From Candidatus Harrisonbacteria bacterium (GTDB lineage: Bacteria; Patescibacteriota; Minisyncoccia; UBA6257; 1-14-0-10-40-38), in contig JAHFLD010000003.1 in NCBI GenBank assembly GCA_023245035.1, positions 121,736 to 154,738 of the forward strand: 33,003 nt of DNA, read 5' to 3'. The notes under the pieces were generated by a model. It made no database searches. It saw only the letters and a list, made by a program, of their open reading frames with translations, and was not told the origin of the DNA. A program made the translations under genes and the position numbers. How positions within the stretch are numbered: position 1 is the stretch's first letter; each line of letters begins with the position of its first letter. Shown in pieces: positions 17,169-26,035 of the stretch.

Positions 17169-18452
17169 ATGCCTATCAACAAAAAACAATTTGAGATTTT
17201 GACGCTGAAGAATGGTTTGCGAATTATGCTGATTCCTCGCGCGGAGCAGGTGGCGACGACGGTTTTGGTTTTGGTCGCGGCCGGTTCCAAGTACGAGAAA
17301 AAACCGATTAACGGCATTTCTCACTTTTTGGAGCACTTGTGTTTTAAGGGCACGACGCGCCGGCCAAAGTCAATTGATATTTCGATTGAACTGGATCGCA
17401 TCGGCGCGCGACATAATGCTTTTACCAGTCATGAATATACCGGCTATTGGGCCAAGGCGCAGGCGCATCAGACGGAAAAAATTTTGGATATTGTGAGTGA
17501 TTTATATTTGAATCCGACTTTTCCAGCAGCGGAGATAGAAAAAGAAAAGGGAGTGATTATTGAAGAGCTGAATATGTACGAGGATTTGCCGAATCGGAAG
17601 GTGCACGATGTTTTTAATGAATTGCTCTATGGCGATCAGCCGGCGGGTTGGGATGTTGGCGGAACCAAAGAGGTGATTCGCCGACTGACTAGGCAAGAGA
17701 TTGTGGATTATCGCGCGGCGCATTACGTGGCCTCGTCAACTTTGGTGGTGGTGGCCGGCGGTTTTTCCAAAGCCAAACTTTTGCCATTTATTAAAAAGAG
17801 TTTTGAGGTGATTCCGGTTGGCACGGCGCAGGGCAAGGTATCGGTGCGCGAGGCGCAAGCGCGGCCGATGGTTAAGGTGCAATATAAAAAATCCGATCAG
17901 ACTCACATTGCGCTCGGAGTGCGGGCGTTTAACATGTATGACGAACGGCAATACGCCTTGGAGTTGCTGGGCGATATTTTGGGCGGCTCTATGGCTTCGC
18001 GCTTGTTCCAGAGATTGCGCGAAGAATTAGGTTCGGCGTATTACGTCCGCGCGGGAAGCGATTTAATGACCGATCATGGTTATTTCGCAGTAGCGGCCGG
18101 CATTGGACACGAAAAGCTTACGGAGTCGCTTCAGGCGATTTTGGCGGAGATGCGCGACTTGGCCAATGGCGGCGTTACAGAAGACGAGATTTCGCGCGCC
18201 AAAGAGCATTTGGCCGGATCAACTTTGATCAGTTTGGAAACTTCCGATGATTTGGCTAATTTTTATGGAGCGCAGGAGATTCTAAAACAGCCGGTTATGA
18301 CGCCCGAGCAGATTATCGCCAAAATAAACGCCATCTCGCGCGACGAGGTAACGGCGGTGGCCCGAGCGATTTTCAAAAACGACGGTTTGAACCTGGCGGC
18401 GGTTGGACCCTATCGCGACGGTTTGGCTTTTGAGAAGTTGCTTAAACTTTAA
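17169..18452 (+). CDS. M16-family (pitrilysin-like) zinc peptidase
   Basis: GISHFLEHLCFKGT (HxxEH), NAFTS, EKGVIIEE, SRLFQRLREELG.AY; ATG 4 nt after the glyQS stop. Confidence 0.93.
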   Translation: MPINKKQFEILTLKNGLRIMLIPRAEQVATTVLVLVAAGSKYEKKPINGISHFLEHLCFKGTTRRPKSIDISIELDRIGARHNAFTSHEYTGYWAKAQAHQTEKILDIVSDLYLNPTFPAAEIEKEKGVIIEELNMYEDLPNRKVHDVFNELLYGDQPAGWDVGGTKEVIRRLTRQEIVDYRAAHYVASSTLVVVAGGFSKAKLLPFIKKSFEVIPVGTAQGKVSVREAQARPMVKVQYKKSDQTHIALGVRAFNMYDERQYALELLGDILGGSMASRLFQRLREELGSAYYVRAGSDLMTDHGYFAVAAGIGHEKLTESLQAILAEMRDLANGGVTEDEISRAKEHLAGSTLISLETSDDLANFYGAQEILKQPVMTPEQIIAKINAISRDEVTAVARAIFKNDGLNLAAVGPYRDGLAFEKLLKL

Positions 18453-18464
18453 GGGCTATTTTTT

Positions 18465-19931
18465 ATGAATAAAAAGGTCTACATTACGACGGGGATTCCC
18501 TACGTAAATGCCGCGCCGCATGTCGGTTTTGCTTTGGAGCTGGCGCAGGCTGACGCGCTGGCGCGTTATTATCGCTCGCTTCACGAGGAGGTTCGTTTGG
18601 TCGCGGGAACCGATGATAACGCTTTAAAAAATGTTTTGGCGGCTGAGGCGGCCGGATTGCCGACCGAACAATTTGTGGCGAAGCACCGCGAGAGTTTTCG
18701 CGCACTTAAAGCAACACTCAATCTTGCGACGGATGATTTTATCTCCACTCGCGAGGAGCGCCACATTCGCGGAGCGCAGAAGTTTTGGCTGTCTTGCGCC
18801 AAGGACATTTACAAAAAAAGTTATCGCGGACTTTATTGCGTTGGTTGCGAGGAGTTTAAACGAGAGACTGATTTGGTTGATGGAAGATGTCCGGAACATC
18901 CGAAGTTGACGCCAGAGACCGTGGAGGAGGAAAATTATTTTTTTCGGCTTTCCAACTATGCCCGCGAACTTAAAAATCTTTTGGTTTCCGACGAGTTGCA
19001 GATTATTCCCGAGAGTCGCAGGGGCGAGATGTTGAAATTTATTGAGGCGGGTTTGGAGGATTTTAGCGTTTCGCGGCCGGTCGCGCGGGCCAAGGGCTGG
19101 GGTATACCAGTTCCTGGAGATCCAAATCAGGTGATGTATGTTTGGTTTGACGCGCTGACCAATTATCTAAATATTTTGGGATACGCCGATGACGCGCCGC
19201 TGTTTAATGATTATTGGACTGATTCGCGTTTGATTTTGCACTGCTTAGGCAAGGGCATTTTGCGGTTTCACGCCTTGTACTGGCCGGCGATGCTAATTTC
19301 GGCCGGACTGCGATTGCCCAACCAAATTTTGGTGCATGGATACGTTACCTTGAACGGACAAAAAATTTCCAAGTCTTTGGGTAATACGATTCATCCCGAT
19401 TCGGTTGTGGAACGCTATGGAGTTGATGCTCTGCGTTATTATTTGTTGCGCGAAATTGCGCCGCACGAGGACGGCGATTATTCGGAGGAGAAGATGAGGG
19501 ATCGCTATAACGGCGATTTGGCCAACGGTTTGGGAAATTTCGCCTCGCGGGTAACGACACTTGCCGCTAAATTGCCCGAGCTGTCCGGAGTCGTGTCTTT
19601 AGAGATTGTGGCGGCGATTGACGAGGCTCGCGCGGCCACGGCCACAGCGATGCGTGTTTTTAGATTTCACGAGGCTTTGGCGGCTATCTGGAAGTTGATA
19701 ACTTTTGGCGATACTTATGTAAATGATCGCAAGCCGTGGGAGGGGTCGCCGGAGCGCAATGCCCAAGTTCTTTTTGATTTGATGATTTTGCTTCAGGCGG
19801 TGGCCGAACTGCTTTGGCCATTTTTACCCCAAACGGCGGAAAAAATTCGGGAGACCTTGCGCTGGAGCGCGGACAAGAAGAGCGTTCGGGTTTCGAGAAT
19901 TCAAAATCTTTTTCCGCGGATTTTGGCTTAG
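18465..19931 (+). CDS. metG: Methionine--tRNA ligase (short form)
   Basis: YITTGIPYVNAAPHVGF (HIGH), YVWFDAL, GKGILRFH, KISKSLGN (KMSKS), DLANGLGN. Confidence 0.95.
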   Translation: MNKKVYITTGIPYVNAAPHVGFALELAQADALARYYRSLHEEVRLVAGTDDNALKNVLAAEAAGLPTEQFVAKHRESFRALKATLNLATDDFISTREERHIRGAQKFWLSCAKDIYKKSYRGLYCVGCEEFKRETDLVDGRCPEHPKLTPETVEEENYFFRLSNYARELKNLLVSDELQIIPESRRGEMLKFIEAGLEDFSVSRPVARAKGWGIPVPGDPNQVMYVWFDALTNYLNILGYADDAPLFNDYWTDSRLILHCLGKGILRFHALYWPAMLISAGLRLPNQILVHGYVTLNGQKISKSLGNTIHPDSVVERYGVDALRYYLLREIAPHEDGDYSEEKMRDRYNGDLANGLGNFASRVTTLAAKLPELSGVVSLEIVAAIDEARAATATAMRVFRFHEALAAIWKLITFGDTYVNDRKPWEGSPERNAQVLFDLMILLQAVAELLWPFLPQTAEKIRETLRWSADKKSVRVSRIQNLFPRILA

Positions 19932-19946
19932 TGTCATGCCGGTTTT

Positions 19947-20777
19947 ATGATTGACGTTCACACTCACATTCAATTTCCGGCCTATGACGCTGACCGGCAA
20001 TCGGTCATTGACCGGGCTGTGGCGGCTGGTGTTTTGAAAATGATCGCTGTTGGCACACAGGCGGCGACTTCGCGCGTGGCGATTGATTTGAGCGTCGCCA
20101 ATCCAGGATCAATCTGGGCGACTGTTGGCTTTCATCCCAATCATCTTGACTCGGCGTGGTATCACGATAAGAAGGAGATCAAAGACCCGTTGCAGGAAAA
20201 GTTTGACATTGGGATTTTGGCGGAGCTGGCAAGACATCCCCGAGTGGTGGCGATCGGGGAGTGCGGTTTGGATTATTATAGATTGTCGCCGAATAGCGAC
20301 TCTGATCCGAATTTACGGATGAGACAAAAAGAAGTTTTTCAAGGCCAAATCCAACTTGCTTTGGAGCTAAAAAAGCCGCTGATGATTCATTGCCGACCGA
20401 CCAAGGGCACGGATGATGCTTATGAGGACTTGTTTGGAATGCTGGCTCAAGTTACGGCCATTCCTCGGGTGATTCATTTTTACGTGGGTTCACCGCGGAT
20501 GACGCGCCGATTTTTAGAGGCCGGTTTTTACTTTACCTTTGGCGGAGTGGTTACCTTTAGCCGTGATTATGATGAACAGATAAGCTTAATTCCGATGGAG
20601 CGAATTTTGTCGGAAACTGACGCGCCGTACGTGGCGCCGCTTGCCCAGCGCGGGAAGCGCAACGAGCCGGCGTTTATTTTGGAGACCGTTGCCCGCCTGG
20701 CGGAGATTAAGGGAGTTTCTGTCTCCGAGATGGAGCGGGCGATTGCGGAGAATGTAAGGCGGGTTTTTGCGATTTGA
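19947..20777 (+). CDS. tatD: TatD-family hydrolase/DNase
   Basis: IDVHTH, GFHP, AIGECGLDY, IHCR, LSETDAPY, GKRNEP. Confidence 0.93.
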   Translation: MIDVHTHIQFPAYDADRQSVIDRAVAAGVLKMIAVGTQAATSRVAIDLSVANPGSIWATVGFHPNHLDSAWYHDKKEIKDPLQEKFDIGILAELARHPRVVAIGECGLDYYRLSPNSDSDPNLRMRQKEVFQGQIQLALELKKPLMIHCRPTKGTDDAYEDLFGMLAQVTAIPRVIHFYVGSPRMTRRFLEAGFYFTFGGVVTFSRDYDEQISLIPMERILSETDAPYVAPLAQRGKRNEPAFILETVARLAEIKGVSVSEMERAIAENVRRVFAI

Positions 20778-20873
20778 TAAAGGAGCGTGATTTGCTTGTC
20801 TGGTTGGTATTACCCGATGAGTTAAGAGCTTTTTAACCAGTCTTTTCTGTGTTAGAGTTTTTGCGTTGTTCTT

Positions 20874-23309
20874 ATGTTTTTTATGAATTACGATTTCAAG
20901 AAAATAGAGAAAAAGTGGCAGGAGCAGTGGGCGGAGGCCGGAATCTATGCCGCCAATGATAATTCAGCCAAGCCCAAATATTACGCGTTGATTGAATTTC
21001 CTTATCCATCCGGCGATGGCTTGCATGTGGGGCATATTCGCAGTACGACGGCGATGGATATTATCTCTCGCAAGCGGCGAATGGAGGGGTATAACGTGCT
21101 ATTTCCGATTGGCTGGGATGCTTTTGGATTGCCTACGGAAAACTACGCCATTAAGACCGGCATTCAACCGGCGATTGTCACCCGACAAAACACCGATGTT
21201 TTTCGCAAGCAACTTAAGGCGCTGGGATTTTCTTTTGACTGGAAGCGAGAGATAAATACCACCGATCCGAATTATTACAAGTGGACACAGTGGATGTTTT
21301 TAAGGTTTTTTGAAAAAGGATTGGCTTATAAGGCGCGGATGCCGATTAACTGGTGTCCAAAAGACAAGATTGGTTTGGCCAACGAAGAAGTTGTGGGCGG
21401 CAAGTGCGAAAGGTGCGGGACGCCGGTAGAACAGCGGGAGCGGGAGCAGTGGATGTTAAAAATTACCGCTTATGCCGACAAGTTGCTTGAAGGTTTGAAG
21501 CACGTTGATTTTTTGCCGGAGATCAAGCGCCAGCAAGAGCATTGGATTGGGCGGAGCGAGGGTTTTAAAATAGGGTTTAAGTTAGATGGTTTGGGGGTGC
21601 TTGGTACGGCGGTTGAGATTTTTACCACGCGGTTGGATACGATTTTTGGCGCGACTTTTGTGGCAGTTTCCGCGGAGACGGCAAAAAAATGGCTGGAAGC
21701 AGGTTGGGAGTCGCCAGATGAAATCAAAAAGTATATTGAACAAGTTTTGGCGGAGCGGAAAAATGCCGGTTTTGAAGCCACCGAAAAAAGCGGAATTTTT
21801 TCCGGGGTTCAGGCGGTTAATCCGGTAAACGGCGAGACAGTGCCAGTTTGGATTACGAATTATGTTTTGGGCGGAGTCGGAACCGGAGCGGTGATGGGTG
21901 TACCGGCGCACGACGAGCGCGATTTTGAGTTTGCCAAAAAATATAATTTGCCGATCAGGGCGGTAGTCGGCCCCTCGTCTGGACTGGTTTTTGCGGATAG
22001 GCCTTTTGTGCAGGATGGATTCCTGCACCATTCGGGGACTTTTACCGGAATGAGTTCGGCGGAGGCGATACCGGCAATCAGCAAGGCCTTGGAAGCTCGG
22101 CGCGAGGTTCGTTATCGGCTTCGCGATTGGGTTTTTTCGCGGCAGAGATATTGGGGAGAGCCGATTCCTCTTATTTATTGTGAAAAGTGCGGTTGGATTC
22201 CGGTTCCGGAAAAAGATTTGCCGATTACTTTGCCGGAGGTTAAAGATTATAAGCCGAGGGATGACGGGCAGTCTCCTTTGGCTTCGGTAGAGGAGTGGGT
22301 AGAGGTGAAGTGTCCGAAATGCGGAGGTCTGGCTCGGAGAGAGACCGATACGATGCCCAATTGGGCCGGATCAAGTTGGTATTTTATTGGCTATTTGATG
22401 ACCGAAAACTTGAAATCAAGAGAGCCGATTTCCGAGCAAATTAAGAGCGAGGAAGTTCAGAATAAGTTAAAACGCTGGTTACCCGTTGATTGGTACAATG
22501 GCGGAATGGAGCACGTTACTTTGCATTTGCTCTATTCTCGTTTTTGGAATCAGTTCTTGCACGATGAGGGATTGGTGCCGGTTTCGGAGCCATATCGCAA
22601 GCGCACGGCGCACGGCCTTATTTTGGCCGCGGGCGGAGTGAAGATGTCTAAATCCAAGGGAAACGTGGTGCGCCCCGATGATTTGATTGCCGAGTTTGGA
22701 GCCGACGCGATGCGGGTTTACGAGATGTTTATGGGGCCTTTTAACCAGGCGATTGCTTGGGACGAGCACGGAATTTTGGGAACCTACCGTTTTTTGGAGC
22801 GGGTTTTCAGGTTGGCGACACAGGAGAAGAACCCGACTACTTTACAGACGGAGTTGGCGCGTTTGTTGGAACTCACGGTCAAAAAAGTTGGTGAGGACAT
22901 TGAGTCTTTATCTTTCAACACGGCGGTGAGCGCCATGATGATTTTGATAAATAAAATACAAGCGGCGGGAGGCATGCCGCGCGATTCGTGGAAGACTTTC
23001 TTGCTGATTTTGGCGCCGTTCGCGCCTCATTTAACCGAAGAGCTATGGGAGAAGTTTTCCGGAGAGGGTTCGGTTCACTTGCATCCGTGGCCGGCGTTTG
23101 ACGAGCAGGCTTTGGCTGCCGCCTTGGTTAAGATTGTGGTGCAAATTAACGGAAAGATAAAAACCCGCCTTAGCGTGCCGGCTGGTTTGGTTGAGGCCGA
23201 GATAACTCAATTGGCGCTCGCGGATCCGGTGATTGTCGTTCAACTTAAAGAGGCGACTGTTCGGCGAATTGTTTTTGTGCCCGACCGATTAATTAATATC
23301 GTCGTCTAA
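20874..23309 (+). CDS. leuS: Leucine--tRNA ligase
   Basis: FPYPSGDGLHVGH, GWDAFGLPTEN, FTTRLDT and GTGAVMGVPAHDERD editing domain, SRQRYWGEPIP, KMSKSKGN; start may be 20883. Confidence 0.97.
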   Translation: MFFMNYDFKKIEKKWQEQWAEAGIYAANDNSAKPKYYALIEFPYPSGDGLHVGHIRSTTAMDIISRKRRMEGYNVLFPIGWDAFGLPTENYAIKTGIQPAIVTRQNTDVFRKQLKALGFSFDWKREINTTDPNYYKWTQWMFLRFFEKGLAYKARMPINWCPKDKIGLANEEVVGGKCERCGTPVEQREREQWMLKITAYADKLLEGLKHVDFLPEIKRQQEHWIGRSEGFKIGFKLDGLGVLGTAVEIFTTRLDTIFGATFVAVSAETAKKWLEAGWESPDEIKKYIEQVLAERKNAGFEATEKSGIFSGVQAVNPVNGETVPVWITNYVLGGVGTGAVMGVPAHDERDFEFAKKYNLPIRAVVGPSSGLVFADRPFVQDGFLHHSGTFTGMSSAEAIPAISKALEARREVRYRLRDWVFSRQRYWGEPIPLIYCEKCGWIPVPEKDLPITLPEVKDYKPRDDGQSPLASVEEWVEVKCPKCGGLARRETDTMPNWAGSSWYFIGYLMTENLKSREPISEQIKSEEVQNKLKRWLPVDWYNGGMEHVTLHLLYSRFWNQFLHDEGLVPVSEPYRKRTAHGLILAAGGVKMSKSKGNVVRPDDLIAEFGADAMRVYEMFMGPFNQAIAWDEHGILGTYRFLERVFRLATQEKNPTTLQTELARLLELTVKKVGEDIESLSFNTAVSAMMILINKIQAAGGMPRDSWKTFLLILAPFAPHLTEELWEKFSGEGSVHLHPWPAFDEQALAAALVKIVVQINGKIKTRLSVPAGLVEAEITQLALADPVIVVQLKEATVRRIVFVPDRLINIVV

Positions 23310-23338
23310 TTTTTAGGTTTTTATTTTCCATCACGCCC

Positions 23339-23512
23339 ATGAAAGAGCGGTTTATTCAGATGCTGTTGATTTCACTTTTTATCTTTGGTTTTTTCTTTGT
23401 GAGTTTTCGTTTGCCAGCGATGGCTCGCTCGGGAAGGCTGGGGCGAAGCGCTTTCATAGCGCAGTTTTTGCGTCTTCTGCCGAAGCCAGAGCCGAGTTTG
23501 TATCGGAGATAG
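23339..23512 (+). CDS. Small single-TM hypothetical protein (57 aa, not in ORF track)
   Basis: MKERFIQMLLISLFIFGFFFVSFRLPAMARSGRLGRSAFIAQFLRLLPKPEPSLYRR fills the leuS-htrA gap. Confidence 0.45.
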   Translation: MKERFIQMLLISLFIFGFFFVSFRLPAMARSGRLGRSAFIAQFLRLLPKPEPSLYRR

Positions 23513-23536
23513 ATTTTGTTTAGCAGTCTCGAACTA

Positions 23537-24592
23537 CTATTTTCTTTCCGCTAAAGTTACCTTAATGTCCAACTCTTGGCCGTTGCGGTCCACGCGCAGG
23601 TTTAGAATATCGCCGGCACTTAGTTCCTCCAAAAAGTCTTGAATTGTTTTTTCACCGCTTAGGAGTGTTCCGTTGCAGGCGAGAATAATATCTTTTTCTT
23701 TGATGCCGGCCTTGTCGGCGGGACTCCCGGGAGTGACGGCGGGGAAGTGAGGCATCTGGCCGACCACGATGGCGCCGCATTCAACCGACAATTTCATTTT
23801 GGCTTTAAGATTTTCGTCAATCATCAAGTAGCGCAGACCGAGGAGGGGCCGGCGGATACGGCCGGTTTTCTTGAGATCTTCCAAGTCGCGGCGGACGGCG
23901 TTGATGGGGATCGCGAAGCCCAAGTTTTGCGCGCCGGAGACGATGGCGGCGTTGATGCCGATGGCTTCGCCGTCAAGATTTACCAAGGGACCGCCGGAGT
24001 TGCCCGGGTTGATGGCGGCGTCGGTTTGAATTAAGCCCCGAAGCTCCTGAACCGGATTGCCTTGCTTGCCCTCGGCGCTCGCGCGGATAGAGCGGGAGAG
24101 TCCGGAGATAATTCCGCGAGAAACCGTGTTTTTGAAAATTCCTAGCGCGTTGCCGAAGGCGAGAACGGTTTCGCCCAGGTCTAGCTTGGCCGATTCACCC
24201 AAGGCCACCACCGGAAAGTTTTTTTTCTGGCCGGTAATTTGCAGAATGGCCACATCATCAATCGGATCGCGGGCCAGAATTTCCGCCTTATATTTTTCGC
24301 CCTCGTTCATGATGATCGTGTATTCGGCCTCGGTATCGGAGACGACGTGCTGATTGGTAACTATGATGCCGGTTTTTTCTACGATAAAGCCCGAACCGCC
24401 GCCGATTGTAATCATGCCGTGGGCGTCGATCATCTCGTCCGGAATCCGCGGCTTGCCGTGCTGAAAGGGGATAATCGGCAAAAGTTCCGGCGGAACATTT
24501 TTTTCGATTGATTCGTAACTGCGGGCGATGGCAATAGAGACGACGGCTGGCATCACTTTTTTGACAGTGCGGACAACGTTGGAGTATTCCAT
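23537..24592 (-). CDS. htrA: HtrA/DegP-family serine protease with one PDZ domain
   Basis: GGGSGFIV, TNQHVV (His), DVAILQI (Asp), QTDAAINPGNSGGPL (Ser), PGSPADKAGIKEKD PDZ. Confidence 0.92.
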   Translation of the reverse strand: MEYSNVVRTVKKVMPAVVSIAIARSYESIEKNVPPELLPIIPFQHGKPRIPDEMIDAHGMITIGGGSGFIVEKTGIIVTNQHVVSDTEAEYTIIMNEGEKYKAEILARDPIDDVAILQITGQKKNFPVVALGESAKLDLGETVLAFGNALGIFKNTVSRGIISGLSRSIRASAEGKQGNPVQELRGLIQTDAAINPGNSGGPLVNLDGEAIGINAAIVSGAQNLGFAIPINAVRRDLEDLKKTGRIRRPLLGLRYLMIDENLKAKMKLSVECGAIVVGQMPHFPAVTPGSPADKAGIKEKDIILACNGTLLSGEKTIQDFLEELSAGDILNLRVDRNGQELDIKVTLAERK

Positions 24593-24637
24593 TGGGTTTA
24601 ATTGTATATCAGATTTAGTTTTTTCTTTTGTGGAAAC

Positions 24638-24706
24638 TTGCGGTTGGCGTTCTTTTGATTTATATTCTGTTCGGTTCTTTGGCGGTTTTTGCGGTCACAA
24701 ATGGAG
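24638..24706 (+). promoter_or_regulatory. sigma70 promoter, boxA-like motif and SD
   Basis: TTGCGG (24638), 17-nt spacer, TATATT (24661); GGTTCTTTGGCG (24673-24684); GGAG before ATG 24713. Confidence 0.5.
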
Positions 24707-24712
24707 ACCTTC

Positions 24713-24979
24713 ATGTCCGGTCAAGAAATCACCGCGGCGGTGCCGGCTTCGTCCGCTCTTAACGGGCGTACGATTCTTGGCGTTTTTAAGAAGACGGTTC
24801 GCGAGGGCGGTTCGTCTTGCGACACCCTTCACTTTTTGCTTGATAGCAATGTTGAGCTGGTGATTGGTTCGCAGTTTGTTTTGGGCGCCGATCATGGCGG
24901 TTACACCGTGGCGACGGTTTGGATGAAGACCGGCGAGCATGGCCCCAATGATCGAGGAGAAGTTCTGTTTCGAGAGTAG
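24713..24979 (+). CDS. Hypothetical protein (orphan, 88 aa)
   Basis: ORF with SD, promoter and terminator. Confidence 0.6.
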   Translation: MSGQEITAAVPASSALNGRTILGVFKKTVREGGSSCDTLHFLLDSNVELVIGSQFVLGADHGGYTVATVWMKTGEHGPNDRGEVLFRE

Positions 24980-24987
24980 GTGTTTCT

Positions 24988-25013
24988 AGCCTCGTACTTT
25001 ACGGGGCTTTTTT
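24988..25013 (+). terminator. Intrinsic terminator
   Basis: AGCCTCGTA/TACGGGGCT stem followed by a T-tract. Confidence 0.7.
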
Positions 25014-25046
25014 ATATGCTGATCAACTTCTTCGGCAAATTAAATT

Positions 25047-25088
25047 TGGTGGACCTAGCCAGAATTGAACTGGCGACTCCTCGTTGCC
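25047..25088 (-). pseudogene. Isolated tRNA-Ala-like 3' half with CCA
   Basis: Minus strand GGCAACGAGGAGTC-GCCAG-TTCAATT-CTGGC-TAGGTCC-ACCA: 3' anticodon arm, intact T-arm, Ala-type acceptor strand (U70); no own 5' half. Confidence 0.7.
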
Positions 25089-25121
25089 CCGATGGACTTT
25101 GGTGGGCTAACACTGTTTATG

Positions 25122-25193
25122 TGGACCAAGGGAGGATTGAACTCCCGACCTCCTCATTGCAAATGAGGCGCTCTACCACTGAGCTATTGGCCC
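25122..25193 (-). tRNA. tRNA-Ala(TGC)
   Basis: GGGCCAA/TTGGTCC acceptor with G3-U70, anticodon arm CCTCA-TTTGCAA-TGAGG; CCA not encoded. Confidence 0.95.
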
Positions 25194-25330
25194 ACCAAAG
25201 TCATACGGGATTGTGTTTTGTGACTTCGCTGCGCTTCAGATAAAACGGGAACAAACGAGGCGTAATCGATTTTTACAGTATCAAAATTCGCGCACAGGCG
25301 CAATTTTTTGGTTTGTGATAGAATCGGCTT

Positions 25331-25741
25331 ATGGAAAAATTTCAACCGGAGAGTGACAATGAATCCATCAGAGAAAATCAGTGGGGTTTGGGGCGGGTTG
25401 ATGTTTCGTCGCGCGGTCAAGATGTTGTTGATGCTAACGAAGAGACCGCCAGTTATCTTGAAGATCTTCATGACGCCATGAAGTCGGCTGGCGCCGATGA
25501 AGCCGCTAAAGAAGCTTTAGAACTTTTTATTCATCTTTCATCAGAAAGTTCCGCTGGCGATGTAACTGCGGCGGTTGATGATTTGCTTTCTCGTCGGCAA
25601 AGCGCTTTGGCTTCGATGATGAACGAGGATCCGACTGCTTCGGTGGAAGCTAATTATTTAAATGGTCTTAGAAAGCGGCGCGCGAGGGAAAAAATAGAAG
25701 CAGGTAAGTCGCTTGATGACCGAACTAATTTTGTTGGGTAA
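25331..25741 (+). CDS. Acidic hypothetical protein
   Basis: 136-aa ORF; TGATAGAAT extended -10 six nt before ATG. Confidence 0.65.
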   Translation: MEKFQPESDNESIRENQWGLGRVDVSSRGQDVVDANEETASYLEDLHDAMKSAGADEAAKEALELFIHLSSESSAGDVTAAVDDLLSRRQSALASMMNEDPTASVEANYLNGLRKRRAREKIEAGKSLDDRTNFVG

Positions 25742-25778
25742 GCGTGTTTTTTTGCTAAATTTTCCGAAAGTCAGATTG

Positions 25779-25896
25779 TGGTGTCCCCGCGAGGAATCTC
25801 ACGCGCTTTGCTTTTAGAAACCGACGGTTTCTAATCTCTTCCTGAACGGGAAACCGCAGGCGGTTTCCCGACCCCTTCCACTGTTCGATTCCTCGC
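25779..25896 (-). repeat. tRNA-trailer structured element, copy B (anti-T-arm, conserved core, duplicated tRNA 3' end)
   Basis: 25883-25896 is a 14-bp perfect inverted repeat of tRNA-Arg 25921-25934; hairpins 25847-25870 and 25814-25834; 25779-25798 repeats the tRNA 3' end with CCA. Confidence 0.8.
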
Positions 25897-25913
25897 AAGA
25901 AATTTACTATTTG

Positions 25914-25985
25914 TGCCCCCGCGAGGAATCGAACCTCGATTTTTTCCTTAGGACGGAATTGCTCTATCCATTGAGCTACAGGGGC
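25914..25985 (-). tRNA. tRNA-Arg(CCT)
   Basis: GCCCCTG/CGGGGGC acceptor, D-arm GCTC-AATGGATA-GAGC, anticodon loop GTCCTAA, T-arm CGAGG-TTCGATT-CCTCG. Confidence 0.9.
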
Positions 25986-26035
25986 GTTTTGCGTTAGTAT
26001 CAGATTGCCACATTTTGTTAGACTTAGGAAGTTTT

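Noticed and set aside
25047-25088. tmRNA 3' end
   Set aside because: Ala-type acceptor and CCA fit, but it is preceded by a tRNA-like anticodon 3' strand and lies about 35 nt from tRNA-Ala, leaving no room for a tag ORF or pseudoknots.
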